This document shows positions 17,268-25,655 of a stretch of 42,692 nt of DNA, piece after piece. The notes under the pieces were generated by a model that saw only the letters and a list, made by a program, of their open reading frames with translations, was not told the DNA's origin and made no database searches. How positions within the stretch are numbered: position 1 is the first letter of the stretch; each line of letters begins with the position of its first letter. The translations under genes and the position numbers were made by a program. This DNA comes from Gemmatimonadota bacterium. Lineage in GTDB: Bacteria > Gemmatimonadota > Gemmatimonadetes > Palauibacterales > KS3-K002. The stretch lies in contig JBDHGH010000024.1 of NCBI GenBank assembly GCA_039589995.1, positions 1 to 42,692 of the forward strand. Reading direction: 5' to 3'.

Positions 17268-17444
17268 ATACAGTCTTGCGTATTTACGTTCTGAGATCGT
17301 CTGTTTCCGCCGCTGGAGTCGCTAGGGGCGGGCTGGTTGGCGAGGAGCTTGGCGCTCGGGCGTTGCAGTGCATCTCCGGCGGGGGCGCTTCCCGGCTCTC
17401 GCTTTTTTTGTTCCATAGTCACCTAACCCAGAGTCAAAAGCGGA

Positions 17445-18311
17445 GTGGGCATGTACTTTAGCTCCAAGGCCTTAGACTCATTCGACCAGTACCTCCACGA
17501 CGTCGAAAAGTATCCACTCATCGAAGACGCCAAGACCGAGCGGAAGATCGCCCGTAAGGCACGTGCGGGCGACAAAGAATCCGCCGAGCGTCTGGTGACC
17601 GCGAACCTTCGATTCGTCATCTCCTACGTAAAGAAGTACCAGGGCCGGGGACTCAATCTGGCCGAGCTGGTTTGCATAGGTAACGAGGGTCTGCTGAAAG
17701 CCGTCAAGAAGTTCGACCCAGACAAGGGCGTGAAGTTCATCTCATACGCGGTCTGGTGGATCCGACAGACGGTGCTGCAGGCACTGGCCGAACAGACTCG
17801 ATCCGTTCGCATCCCGCTGAACCAGAATTCCAACCTGGTGAAGCTGTCGCGAACCGAGACCGCGCTCACGCAACAGCTCGGGCGCACACCGACGGACCGC
17901 GAGATCGCCGATCGCATGGGCGAGCCGGTGCAGACTATTCGAGCGTTGCGGCGGGTCGCCTCGGCCGAGCTCAGCCTGGACGCGCCACTCGATCGTACCG
18001 ATCGGGACAGCGCCTCGTTCGGCGAGCGCTTTTCGGGGCTTGAGGACGAAGACATCCAGGACGAAGTGGAGTTCCAGGCGCGTCGCCAGTTTCTTCAGGA
18101 CATGTTTGCAAAGTACCTGACCGAACGCGAGCGCAAGATCCTGGTTCTCTACTACGGCCTCGACGACGGCGAAGAGATGACACTGGAAGAGATCGGCTCG
18201 CTGCTGGGGGTTACGCGGGAGCGTATCCGGCAGATTCGGAACCGAGCCTTCGAGAAGCTCCGCCAGTCGCCCGACGGCCAGGCTCTGGAAGGGTTCTGGG
18301 CCCCGAGCTAG
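17445..18311 (+). CDS. rpoD: Primary-type sigma-70 family sigma factor, short FCB/Bacteroidetes-like sigma-A lacking region 1.1.
   Basis: ANLRFVISYVKKYQGRGLNLAELVCIGNEGLLKAVKKFDP..FISYAVWWIRQTVLQALAEQTRSVRIPLNQ and region 4 LEEIGSLLGVTRERIRQI. Architecture and length mirror the Bacteroides 286-aa sigma-AB. Confidence 0.9.
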   Translation: MGMYFSSKALDSFDQYLHDVEKYPLIEDAKTERKIARKARAGDKESAERLVTANLRFVISYVKKYQGRGLNLAELVCIGNEGLLKAVKKFDPDKGVKFISYAVWWIRQTVLQALAEQTRSVRIPLNQNSNLVKLSRTETALTQQLGRTPTDREIADRMGEPVQTIRALRRVASAELSLDAPLDRTDRDSASFGERFSGLEDEDIQDEVEFQARRQFLQDMFAKYLTERERKILVLYYGLDDGEEMTLEEIGSLLGVTRERIRQIRNRAFEKLRQSPDGQALEGFWAPS

Positions 18312-18338
18312 GGCAGAGTTTTCTTGTAGAGTAAAAAA

Positions 18339-18366
18339 GCGGGGCCTTTTCGGCCTCGCTTTTTTT
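18339..18366. terminator. Bidirectional rho-independent terminator between convergent rpoD and VKOR. Stem GCGGGGCC/GGCCTCGC, flanked by A6 and T7.
   Basis: 8-bp stem with one G-U pair and loop TTTTC. T-run on the + strand and A-run upstream, which is a U-run for the minus-strand transcript. Confidence 0.8.
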
Positions 18367-18390
18367 CAAACGACCCCATCTTCGGAGTTC

Positions 18391-18837
18391 TTACATCGGT
18401 TTTGGATGTTCGATTTTCGATTCCCTCTTCAGTCCGAGCAGGGCAAGCACGAAAATCGCCAGAATGACTACCTGCGACACGATGCACCACTGGCAGATCG
18501 CGTGCAGGATGAAGATCTCGGCGTAGGTGAGGTACAGGGTGAAGACGACGGCGACACCGGAGAGCAGCGTGACCGAGGCGTCCGGCCAGCGCTCGCTGAG
18601 CCAGCGGGGCTGCTGGCCCATCAAAGCGATCACGAAGATCGCCAGGTAGCCTGCCAGCCCGATTCCCGCTACCGGAAAGCCCAAGAACTCCGAGTAGACC
18701 GAAGCATTGACCATGTCGCAGCCGGCGGAGATCGAGCACTCGAGTGCGCCGATAGCTCCGAGTTTTCCCAACAGGAGATAGGCCGCGTCCAGCGCCCCGA
18801 GAAGCGCCAGGACCGCGATGATCCTGCGCCGGTTCAC
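18391..18837 (-). CDS. VKOR (vitamin K epoxide reductase) family membrane protein. GTG start overlaps the dsbA stop (GTGA).
   Basis: Cys pair ECSISAGC in the loop plus the CQWC active-site motif in a TM helix, with four predicted TM helices. The 231-aa track ORF is trimmed to the VKOR domain, starting at the GTG that overlaps the DsbA stop codon. Confidence 0.75.
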   Translation of the reverse strand: MNRRRIIAVLALLGALDAAYLLLGKLGAIGALECSISAGCDMVNASVYSEFLGFPVAGIGLAGYLAIFVIALMGQQPRWLSERWPDASVTLLSGVAVVFTLYLTYAEIFILHAICQWCIVSQVVILAIFVLALLGLKRESKIEHPKPM

Positions 18838-19514
18838 TGTTTGGCCAATTCCTCTTCGATCAGCGCCGACATCTGGTCGTAGCCCATGGCCGACCCCACG
18901 CGGCGGCCATTGATGATGAAGGTGGGCGTACCGGACAGACCCAACTGACGCGCCCTCGTCTGGCTCGCCGTGACGATCTGTCGGTACGTTCCGGCATCGA
19001 CGCATTCCACTAGCGCTCTGCCGTCCAGCCCCAGGCCGTCGGCATACTGGCGAATCAAGCCCCGCGGGTCGCGCTTCTGGCCCCATTCGCTCATTCGACC
19101 CATGAGCACCTTATGCATCGGCCAGAAAGCGTCCTGCCCACCCGCGCAACGCGCCGCCTCCGCACCAACCCACGAGTTCCCCGGATGTAGAGGGAAGTCG
19201 AAGAAGATGAAACGGGCTTTTCCCGTCTCGACATACTCTTCCAGAATCTGAGGAACCGTCAGGCCGGCGACCATGCCACAATAGGGGCACTGATAGTCTG
19301 CGTATTCTTCGATGACCACAGCGGCATCGGGTGAGCCGAAGGAAAGGCCGACGTCCTCGGACACCAATTCGCCCTCCAGATCGGTGGCAAACGTATCGGT
19401 GACTTCGTAGGAAGTCTGCTGCCGATCTTTGACGACCACGTATCCGATCAGCGCTACACCCACAATAACGATCGCCGCAAGAACACCGTAGAACTTTGAC
19501 TGCGAACTCGCCAT
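18834..19514 (-). CDS. dsbA: DsbA-family thiol:disulfide oxidoreductase with N-terminal membrane anchor (CPYC).
   Basis: TM helix (VLAAIVIVGVALIGYVVV). Thioredoxin fold with YQCPYCG. Translationally coupled to the downstream VKOR gene. Confidence 0.8.
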   Translation of the reverse strand: MASSQSKFYGVLAAIVIVGVALIGYVVVKDRQQTSYEVTDTFATDLEGELVSEDVGLSFGSPDAAVVIEEYADYQCPYCGMVAGLTVPQILEEYVETGKARFIFFDFPLHPGNSWVGAEAARCAGGQDAFWPMHKVLMGRMSEWGQKRDPRGLIRQYADGLGLDGRALVECVDAGTYRQIVTASQTRARQLGLSGTPTFIINGRRVGSAMGYDQMSALIEEELAKQ

Positions 19515-19555
19515 TCAGTCTGCCTCCTTGGGTCCCTCCATTGATACAACCGACA

Positions 19556-21025
19556 CTACTCGAATTGGATTACCTGTCCCAACTGACCCGTCACGATCAA
19601 GAAAAGCGCGAACACCACCACAAGTCCCACGATGAACCAGAGCGCGATCTTGACCGATCTGGGAAGGAAGCGACGACGCTCACCACCCAGTTTACCCAGG
19701 CCCGGCAAGAACGTATCCTGCCAGACCGCAACCACTTCGCGGCTCAAGCCCGCCCAACCCGTCGCGTACGCCTGGTCCAATTCCCGCAGGCTCTCCTGCC
19801 AACCATCGTAGGCCGCCTGGAGTTCCGGTCGGCCAGCCTCCGCCGCCGGCCCCAGCTGACCCGCAGCCTCCGTTACTTTGTTCAGGCTGGCTTCCATCTC
19901 GGCGACGCCGCGCGCCAGCTTCTGCTTGATGCCCGCGGCTTCCTTCTGCGATGGCATATAACGACGCTGAGCCTTCCGCCAAGGTATCCGGCGGTTCGCG
20001 GCCACACGACGCGTTTGCCGCTCGAAGGCACGCGTCGTCGCGTCGGCGATGACCCCGACTCCGCCTTGAACTTCCTCCCAAAGACTGCGGCCGTCCAGCG
20101 CCTCCGCCGCGGCAAGCAAATCCACCGACGTGGCCGCCTCTCGTTTGGCCTTCAACAAAGCTCCGTCGTACAAGTTGCGCAGTTCCCGCAGGTGCTCCTC
20201 GAGGAATCCCACCGGCAACAGCGACGACATCTGCAGGCGGTCGATCGCGGCACCCAGCGGTCTGTCCGATCCGCTCCCGATAGCTCCAAGCGAGGCTTCG
20301 AACTCCGGAATGTAGAATCGCCGCGTGAGATCGCCCGGCTCCCGGGCCGGCGGCGCGGCCACCGGTATCTCCTGCTCCGGTTCAGTCTCCACTGTGGCGG
20401 GAGTGGGCTCGGGGCGCCGCTCTTCGCCTTCGGAGCCCGAGACCCCCAGGAGCGTGCTCGAGTGCCGGGCCGCCAATCCACGAATCGTCTGGATCTGAGC
20501 GTCGGTCAGATACAGGAACTCCAGCTGAGTAGGACCGCTGCCGATTCGGAGCAACCGGCCGAACTTGGCCTTCGCTATGTCCAGCTTGGTCATCCGGTCC
20601 CACGCGATGCGGAAGTGTCGGCCACCTCTCTCGAACACGTGCAGCGCGGAGTCGGACACCGCCGCCAGCGCGAGTCCCTTGAAACGCTCCATCTGGACCA
20701 TTCCCGACATGGCCACTGGAGTCGCGAAGACGACACGCTCGCCCTCGAGAGACTCCTTGTCGGCAAGCGCCAGGTGATCCAGGTGAGCACGACCTCGCAG
20801 CTCTGCCGCCAGCGTGGCCAGTCCCTCCTGGCTGCCCCGCAATGCCATGGCCACCTGCGTGCCCACGACCAGCAGAATCGACCCACGCAGCGCGACTCCC
20901 AAGAGCGTCGAGTAGGGGATTTGCTGGCCGCCGACGTAGAGCCCCTCCTGGGCCGCCATGACCTTGGCGCCGCGTTCGGCACCCACGCCCTCTATTACAA
21001 CGTCAAAGTTGCCCTCGTAGCTCAT
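19556..21025 (-). CDS. Hypothetical protein. N-terminal globular domain, Glu/Pro-rich linker, helical region and a C-terminal TM anchor.
   Basis: Protein-like composition and a clear C-terminal TM (IALWFIVGLVVVFALFLIV). The 680-aa + strand ORF across the same DNA has Arg/Ser/Pro-rich antisense junk composition. 4-bp overlap with the upstream HAD gene. Confidence 0.6.
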   Translation of the reverse strand: MSYEGNFDVVIEGVGAERGAKVMAAQEGLYVGGQQIPYSTLLGVALRGSILLVVGTQVAMALRGSQEGLATLAAELRGRAHLDHLALADKESLEGERVVFATPVAMSGMVQMERFKGLALAAVSDSALHVFERGGRHFRIAWDRMTKLDIAKAKFGRLLRIGSGPTQLEFLYLTDAQIQTIRGLAARHSSTLLGVSGSEGEERRPEPTPATVETEPEQEIPVAAPPAREPGDLTRRFYIPEFEASLGAIGSGSDRPLGAAIDRLQMSSLLPVGFLEEHLRELRNLYDGALLKAKREAATSVDLLAAAEALDGRSLWEEVQGGVGVIADATTRAFERQTRRVAANRRIPWRKAQRRYMPSQKEAAGIKQKLARGVAEMEASLNKVTEAAGQLGPAAEAGRPELQAAYDGWQESLRELDQAYATGWAGLSREVVAVWQDTFLPGLGKLGGERRRFLPRSVKIALWFIVGLVVVFALFLIVTGQLGQVIQFE

Positions 21026-21783
21026 CCGCTTCCGCCATTCAGCCTCGTTTCACCAACGCCGTCTCCGCCTCGGGTCAGTGACTCTATACACTGGAGCACG
21101 CTTTCCGTGTCGCCGAAGTCGGCGAACACGGCATCAGCTCCCGCTTCCTCCAATTCATCCGTTCCGTGTCTGCCCGTCGCCACGGCCAACGCTAGCGCAT
21201 CGACGTCCCGAGCACAGGCTATATCCTCTGGAGTATCGCCGACGACCAGGACCGCCGCCGCCGATCCCACTGCGGAGCGGCTCCGCTCTACCGCAACGCG
21301 CGCGATTTCGGATCGAACTTCGGCGTCGGACCCGTACGCGCCCGCATCGAAAAGCCACGGAACACCCGCGGCCGCCAACTTCAGCTTCGCGCCCTGTTCG
21401 ATGTTCCCGGTCAGCAACCCGAGCGAAACACCGGTCTTACTCGTGAGGGCCGCCAGCAGATCAGCAACTCCCGGCAATACGGTGATCCGGTTCTCCACCC
21501 GCCGAGTCTCCAGCTCCCGGCCGAGGATCTCCAAGTAAACGGGCCAGATCTCCGACATTCGGGCCCGGACCTCGGCTTCCTCCAGACCCGTGCTGCTCAT
21601 CAGTTCCACGATAATCTGCGGATCCGTCTTTCCATGGAAATTGTAGCCTTCCATGTCTCCGCTGGTACCGTAGACCGCCTCCAGCGCCTGCCGAATCGCC
21701 ACACGACCCGCCCCATTCGTCAGCAGGAGCGTGCCGTCGACATCGAACAGTACCAGAAGTTCAGCGTTTGAGGAAACTTCCAA
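21022..21783 (-). CDS. HAD-superfamily hydrolase (phosphoglycolate phosphatase-like).
   Basis: HAD motif I LVLFDVDGTLL. Motif III lysine (K) and motif IV VVGDTPEDI present. Confidence 0.8.
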   Translation of the reverse strand: MEVSSNAELLVLFDVDGTLLLTNGAGRVAIRQALEAVYGTSGDMEGYNFHGKTDPQIIVELMSSTGLEEAEVRARMSEIWPVYLEILGRELETRRVENRITVLPGVADLLAALTSKTGVSLGLLTGNIEQGAKLKLAAAGVPWLFDAGAYGSDAEVRSEIARVAVERSRSAVGSAAAVLVVGDTPEDIACARDVDALALAVATGRHGTDELEEAGADAVFADFGDTESVLQCIESLTRGGDGVGETRLNGGSG

Positions 21784-21856
21784 TAACTCCGCCCCGTCTA
21801 TGCCCTTGATGCCACCGAAGGTAACAATCTGGCCCGGTCCCGGGGGGTCCGCTAGG

Positions 21857-22807
21857 CTAGACCGCCCTGACGGCCCGCTCGATCGCCTGAGCCAGGACCC
21901 ACTCAGCGCACAGACCGATCCTCAGGACCTGGGACGGGTGCGCCTCCCCTGTATCTCGAGCTGTCGAACACGCGAAAACCAGGTCACCGTCGAACTGACT
22001 GTTGGCTGGGGCGGTCCGCCGCACCACCGCGTTCATCGCCTGCCGCGCAACCGCACGCAACTCGCTACGTCCCAGCGGGTAATCGGTGGCGACCACGGCC
22101 AGCGTTGTGTTGGTGGCCGGCCGCGCCGCGAACCTGGGCGGCACCCCTCTCTCTCGCACGTACGCCGCCGTATCGATAAAGGCCCCGTCTTCGTCGCGGG
22201 CACCTGCGATGATACGACCTTCACCGTCGACGACATCGCCAAACGCGTTCACTACAACGAGCGCCGCCACGGCATGTGATTCCAACTCCGTCGCCATGCT
22301 GCCCACGCCCGCGGCCATCGCCCCGGACCGGCCCAGTATCTTGCCGACTGTCGCTCCCGTTCCTACGCCGACCCGCCCTTCAGCCACCGGCAAGCGATCC
22401 GCCGCCTCGCAAGCGGCGCGTCCCATCGCCGCGTCCGGCCTGATATTCGAGTCGCCGACCCCGAGATCGAATATCACGGCGCTGGGCACGATGGCCACAC
22501 GACCCGCGTCTGTCTCGAACCCGCGCCCCTGCTCCTCCAGCCAGCGCGCTACACCGTCGGCCGCGGCCAAACCGTAGGCCGAGCCGCCGGCCATCAGCAG
22601 AGCATCGACACGCCCAGCAATATGGTTCGGCGACAGCGAGTCGAACTGGCGCGTGCCGCTCGCCAGGCCTCGTACGTCTACAGCGGCGCGGAATGGACCG
22701 AGCACGACTGTGCAGCCGGTGGCAGCATCTTTGTTGGTGGCATGGCCCACGCTGAGGCCGGGAACGGCTGTGAGTGTCGGGTTGGACGGGATTTTTTGGG
22801 GAGTCAT
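21857..22807 (-). CDS. Peptidase family S58 (DmpA/P1-type L-aminopeptidase / D-esterase).
   Basis: DmpA/ArgJ-like fold signature (GLSVGHATN...TGCTVVL.., GTGATVGK). The self-cleavage Gly-Ser/Thr site region is present. Confidence 0.8.
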   Translation of the reverse strand: MTPQKIPSNPTLTAVPGLSVGHATNKDAATGCTVVLGPFRAAVDVRGLASGTRQFDSLSPNHIAGRVDALLMAGGSAYGLAAADGVARWLEEQGRGFETDAGRVAIVPSAVIFDLGVGDSNIRPDAAMGRAACEAADRLPVAEGRVGVGTGATVGKILGRSGAMAAGVGSMATELESHAVAALVVVNAFGDVVDGEGRIIAGARDEDGAFIDTAAYVRERGVPPRFAARPATNTTLAVVATDYPLGRSELRAVARQAMNAVVRRTAPANSQFDGDLVFACSTARDTGEAHPSQVLRIGLCAEWVLAQAIERAVRAV

Positions 22808-22822
22808 GTTTGGTAATCAATC

Positions 22823-23001
22823 GAACATCGAACACCGATATCCGATATTTGATATTCGAAGCTGGAGACGAAGGATTAACCTCGAACCCTTAACACCAAC
22901 GTCTAACGGCCGGATATTTCGGATTCGATGTTCAGTATTCGATCTTTTGTGTTCGCTCCGTCCTCGGATTTCACAAATCTCTAATGGGTGTTCGACATTC
23001 G
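22823..23001. repeat. MITE-like repeat, copy C. Same family and same orientation as copies A and B.
   Basis: Starts GAACATCGAACACCGATAT and ends GGTGTTCGACATTCG. Fills exactly the gap between the dmpA start and the GGDEF gene stop. Confidence 0.75.
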
Positions 23002-23006
23002 ATTCC

Positions 23007-24497
23007 CTACGGACTCTCTACGTCAGAGGGGCCCGGAGCCTGAGGGCTGAGTTCCGGATCCGTATTGAAGCAAACAACCTTGTTCCGACCAGCCGCCTTC
23101 GCGCTATAGAGCGCCTGGTCGGCCCGGTCGATCAGATCCTCGGGCGTCACCACGTTGACCTCCGGGAAGCCGACGACTCCGCCGCTCACCGTCAGGTTGA
23201 GCGTACCGCCGCGCAGATCGAACTCGCGAATGCTCACACCGTTGCGGATTCGTTCCGCCAGTTGGAATGTTCCGTGCACGCTCGTCTCAGGCAGCACCAG
23301 CAGGAACTCATCGCCTCCGTAGCGCCCCACAAAGTCCGCCGTCCGCAACGATCGCTGCAGGACCTCGCCGATCGAACGCAGCGCCGCGTCCCCAGTCGTG
23401 TGACCGTGTGTATCGTTCAGGTTCTTGAAATCATCAATGTCGAACATCACGAGACCCAGCAGCCGGTTGTACCGTGCCGCGCGCTCGAGCTCGTTCTCGA
23501 GCCGCTCCATCAAGTAACGGCGTGACAGACAGCCCGTCAGCTCATCCGTCTTCGCCAGGATCTCGAGCTGCTCCTGGTGGGACAATACGCTCTCGAACAT
23601 TGCCGCACGGTTGAGTGCACGCACGGCACCCTGCGCGATCGCCGAAGTCAATCGCACTGACTCTTCATCCAGCGCCGGCTCTTCCGGACTGGAGCGGAGG
23701 AAGAACACTCCCGAGCGCCCCTGATCGAACGTGAACGGGATGGCGACGATGGACTGGATATCGATATCGATATTCTCCGTATCCCACAAAGGCCGGATCT
23801 GCTCGAACAAGGCAGAGCCCTTCAGGTTCTTCACGAGGACCGGCGCACCTGTTTCTACCGCCTGCCGAATCTCGGGGTAGCGGGTCAGGTCGATGGAAAG
23901 CGAGCTGATGGTCGGGTCGTCGTGGGCTGCCACGACCGTACCGCGCGCACCGCCCTCGTCTACCATGATCATCGAGCACCGCCGAATCTCGAACAGTCGC
24001 GATACCCGGCGCACCAAGATGTCGAAGATCTCCTCGCTCGACAGACTGGCGGTGACGTCGCGGACGACCTCCAGGACGATCCCACTGGTGTCGGCCTCGC
24101 GCCGCGCTTCCCTGACCAGGCGGCCACGCTCGACGTGTGAGGAAATCCGAGCGATGAACTCGCTCAACTCGAACGGCTTGCGGATGTAGTCCGCGACGCC
24201 AGCACGGATTGCGCTCGCGGCATCATCGCCCTGGGCTTGGGAAGAGGTGACAACGACCGGCACATCTCGAGAGCCGAGGCGATTGCGCACATGCTTCACG
24301 ATCTCGAGCGGCGCCATCTCGCCTACCGTCTCATCGACGATGACCAGGTCCGGGTTGTGACTCGCGATATAGCTCAGCAGCGTTGTCGCGTCATTGACCG
24401 AGCGCACCGAGTAGCCCTCGCGCGCCAGCGCCTCGTCTAGACCCGCCAGCGCCTGCGTGCCGTCAGCGCCAAGTAGTATGTATCCCTTGTCGCTCAT
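23007..24497 (-). CDS. Response regulator with receiver, GAF and GGDEF (diguanylate cyclase) domains.
   Basis: Receiver features (DLVIVDE, T/S, K in YIRKPF). GGDEF active site RYGGDEFLLVL with an upstream RxxD-like I-site region. 496 aa. Confidence 0.9.
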   Translation of the reverse strand: MSDKGYILLGADGTQALAGLDEALAREGYSVRSVNDATTLLSYIASHNPDLVIVDETVGEMAPLEIVKHVRNRLGSRDVPVVVTSSQAQGDDAASAIRAGVADYIRKPFELSEFIARISSHVERGRLVREARREADTSGIVLEVVRDVTASLSSEEIFDILVRRVSRLFEIRRCSMIMVDEGGARGTVVAAHDDPTISSLSIDLTRYPEIRQAVETGAPVLVKNLKGSALFEQIRPLWDTENIDIDIQSIVAIPFTFDQGRSGVFFLRSSPEEPALDEESVRLTSAIAQGAVRALNRAAMFESVLSHQEQLEILAKTDELTGCLSRRYLMERLENELERAARYNRLLGLVMFDIDDFKNLNDTHGHTTGDAALRSIGEVLQRSLRTADFVGRYGGDEFLLVLPETSVHGTFQLAERIRNGVSIREFDLRGGTLNLTVSGGVVGFPEVNVVTPEDLIDRADQALYSAKAAGRNKVVCFNTDPELSPQAPGPSDVESP

Positions 24498-25507
24498 GCC
24501 GTTTCAGCTGCCATCTGTCCGTACTCCTTCACCCAACTTCCCCAACTCTCAGGATCGACGTTGCCCCCCGAAAGCACGACGGCCGTCGGCACCCACGGCT
24601 CGGGCAAACACTCACTCATCAAGGCTGCTACACCCGCCGCGCCGCTGGGCTCCACCATCAGGCGACATTCCTCAGCACACCACGCCAACGCCCGTAGAAT
24701 TTCCACGTCCTCCACCACCAAGATCCCCCTGACCAGCGAGCGCGCGTGTGCGAACGTCAGCTCCCCGGGCCTTATCGGCTTTAGGCCGTCTGCCACGCTG
24801 GCCACCGAGTCCAGTTCGACCGGATGGTCAGCCTCCATCGATACGCGCATCGCCGCCGCGCCCCGCGGCTCGACGCCGTAGACCTCTGCCCGCGGAGCCA
24901 AGGCATGAACCGCCGCAGCGACCCCGGCCAGCAAACCGCCTCCGCCGACCGGTACCAGTACACGCTCGACTTCAGGCCAATCCTCCACGATCTCCAGCCC
25001 CACCGTTCCCTGCCCCGCGATAATGTGAGCGTGATCGAAGGGGGGGACGATCACCATCCCCCGCTGGTCAGCGATCTCCTCCGCAAGTCGACGTCGCTCG
25101 ACCGACGTCGTTCCCTCGAAGAATACCTCGGCGCCCAAGCGGCGAATGCCCTGCACCTTCACCTCGGGTGCATCCTCGGGCACCACCACGACGGCCGGCA
25201 CGCTCACCTCTCGCGCCGCCAGTGCCACAGCCCGGCCGTGATTTCCGGACGAATAGGTCACGACGCCCGGCGACCTTGCCTCCTCCGACAGCAGCGCGAC
25301 GAAATTGAAGGCGCCTCGTAGCTTGAAGGCGCCGCCGCGCTGCAGGTTCTCACATTTCAGTCCAAGCCTCTCCGCTCCAGGCAACGACGCGGGCCGCAGA
25401 GCCACAAGCGGAGTCCGCCGTGCAACGCCGCCGATTCGCTCGGCAGCGGCACGGACCTCATCTAAAGTGACAAGCCGGTCGCTCTTTCTTTGCGTAGAAA
25501 TCCCCAT
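24494..25507 (-). CDS. PLP-dependent threonine/serine dehydratase (threonine ammonia-lyase, catalytic domain only).
   Basis: PLP-lysine motif GGAFKLRGAFN, SSGNHGRAVA, Gly-rich loop PVGGGGLLAG. 4-bp ATGA overlap with the downstream GGDEF gene. Confidence 0.85.
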   Translation of the reverse strand: MGISTQRKSDRLVTLDEVRAAAERIGGVARRTPLVALRPASLPGAERLGLKCENLQRGGAFKLRGAFNFVALLSEEARSPGVVTYSSGNHGRAVALAAREVSVPAVVVVPEDAPEVKVQGIRRLGAEVFFEGTTSVERRRLAEEIADQRGMVIVPPFDHAHIIAGQGTVGLEIVEDWPEVERVLVPVGGGGLLAGVAAAVHALAPRAEVYGVEPRGAAAMRVSMEADHPVELDSVASVADGLKPIRPGELTFAHARSLVRGILVVEDVEILRALAWCAEECRLMVEPSGAAGVAALMSECLPEPWVPTAVVLSGGNVDPESWGSWVKEYGQMAAETA

Positions 25508-25524
25508 TCACTGGGCAGGGTCGT

Positions 25525-25530
25525 ATTATA
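25525..25530 (-). promoter_or_regulatory. Perfect TATAAT -10 hexamer (minus strand) ~17 nt upstream of the threonine dehydratase ATG, implying a near-leaderless transcript.
   Basis: ATTATA on the + strand at 25525-25530 is TATAAT on the minus strand. No convincing -35 element. Confidence 0.3.
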
Positions 25531-25655
25531 GGCGGGGGGAGAAACAGACAAGATCCTGCAATTTCGGCACAAAAGGGCCCTAAGTCAACTATTGGCCACG
25601 ACTTCGCAGCCTCTGTATCCAGCCCGAGCCCCGTCCGACTGCCGCGGAATTCGCT

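Noticed and set aside
17370-17410. Intrinsic terminator or attenuator hairpin preceding the U7 tract in the sigma-factor leader
   Set aside because: I could not draw a convincing contiguous stem immediately upstream of the T-run, so only the U-tract is noted and no terminator feature is called.
19496-21538. 680-aa + strand ORF spanning the dsbA-hypothetical-HAD region
   Set aside because: Arg/Ser/Pro/Gln-rich antisense composition typical of high-GC DNA. The minus-strand frames carry recognisable HAD (DVDGTL) and DsbA (CPYC) motifs.
5797-23001. Possibility that the three repeat copies form a CRISPR array or are tRNA/SINE-like
   Set aside because: Copies are ~180 bp and kilobases apart, with no short regularly spaced repeats, so this is not CRISPR. 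GGTGTTCGATGTTCG resembles a T-arm only superficially. No acceptor stem or anticodon arm can be drawn.
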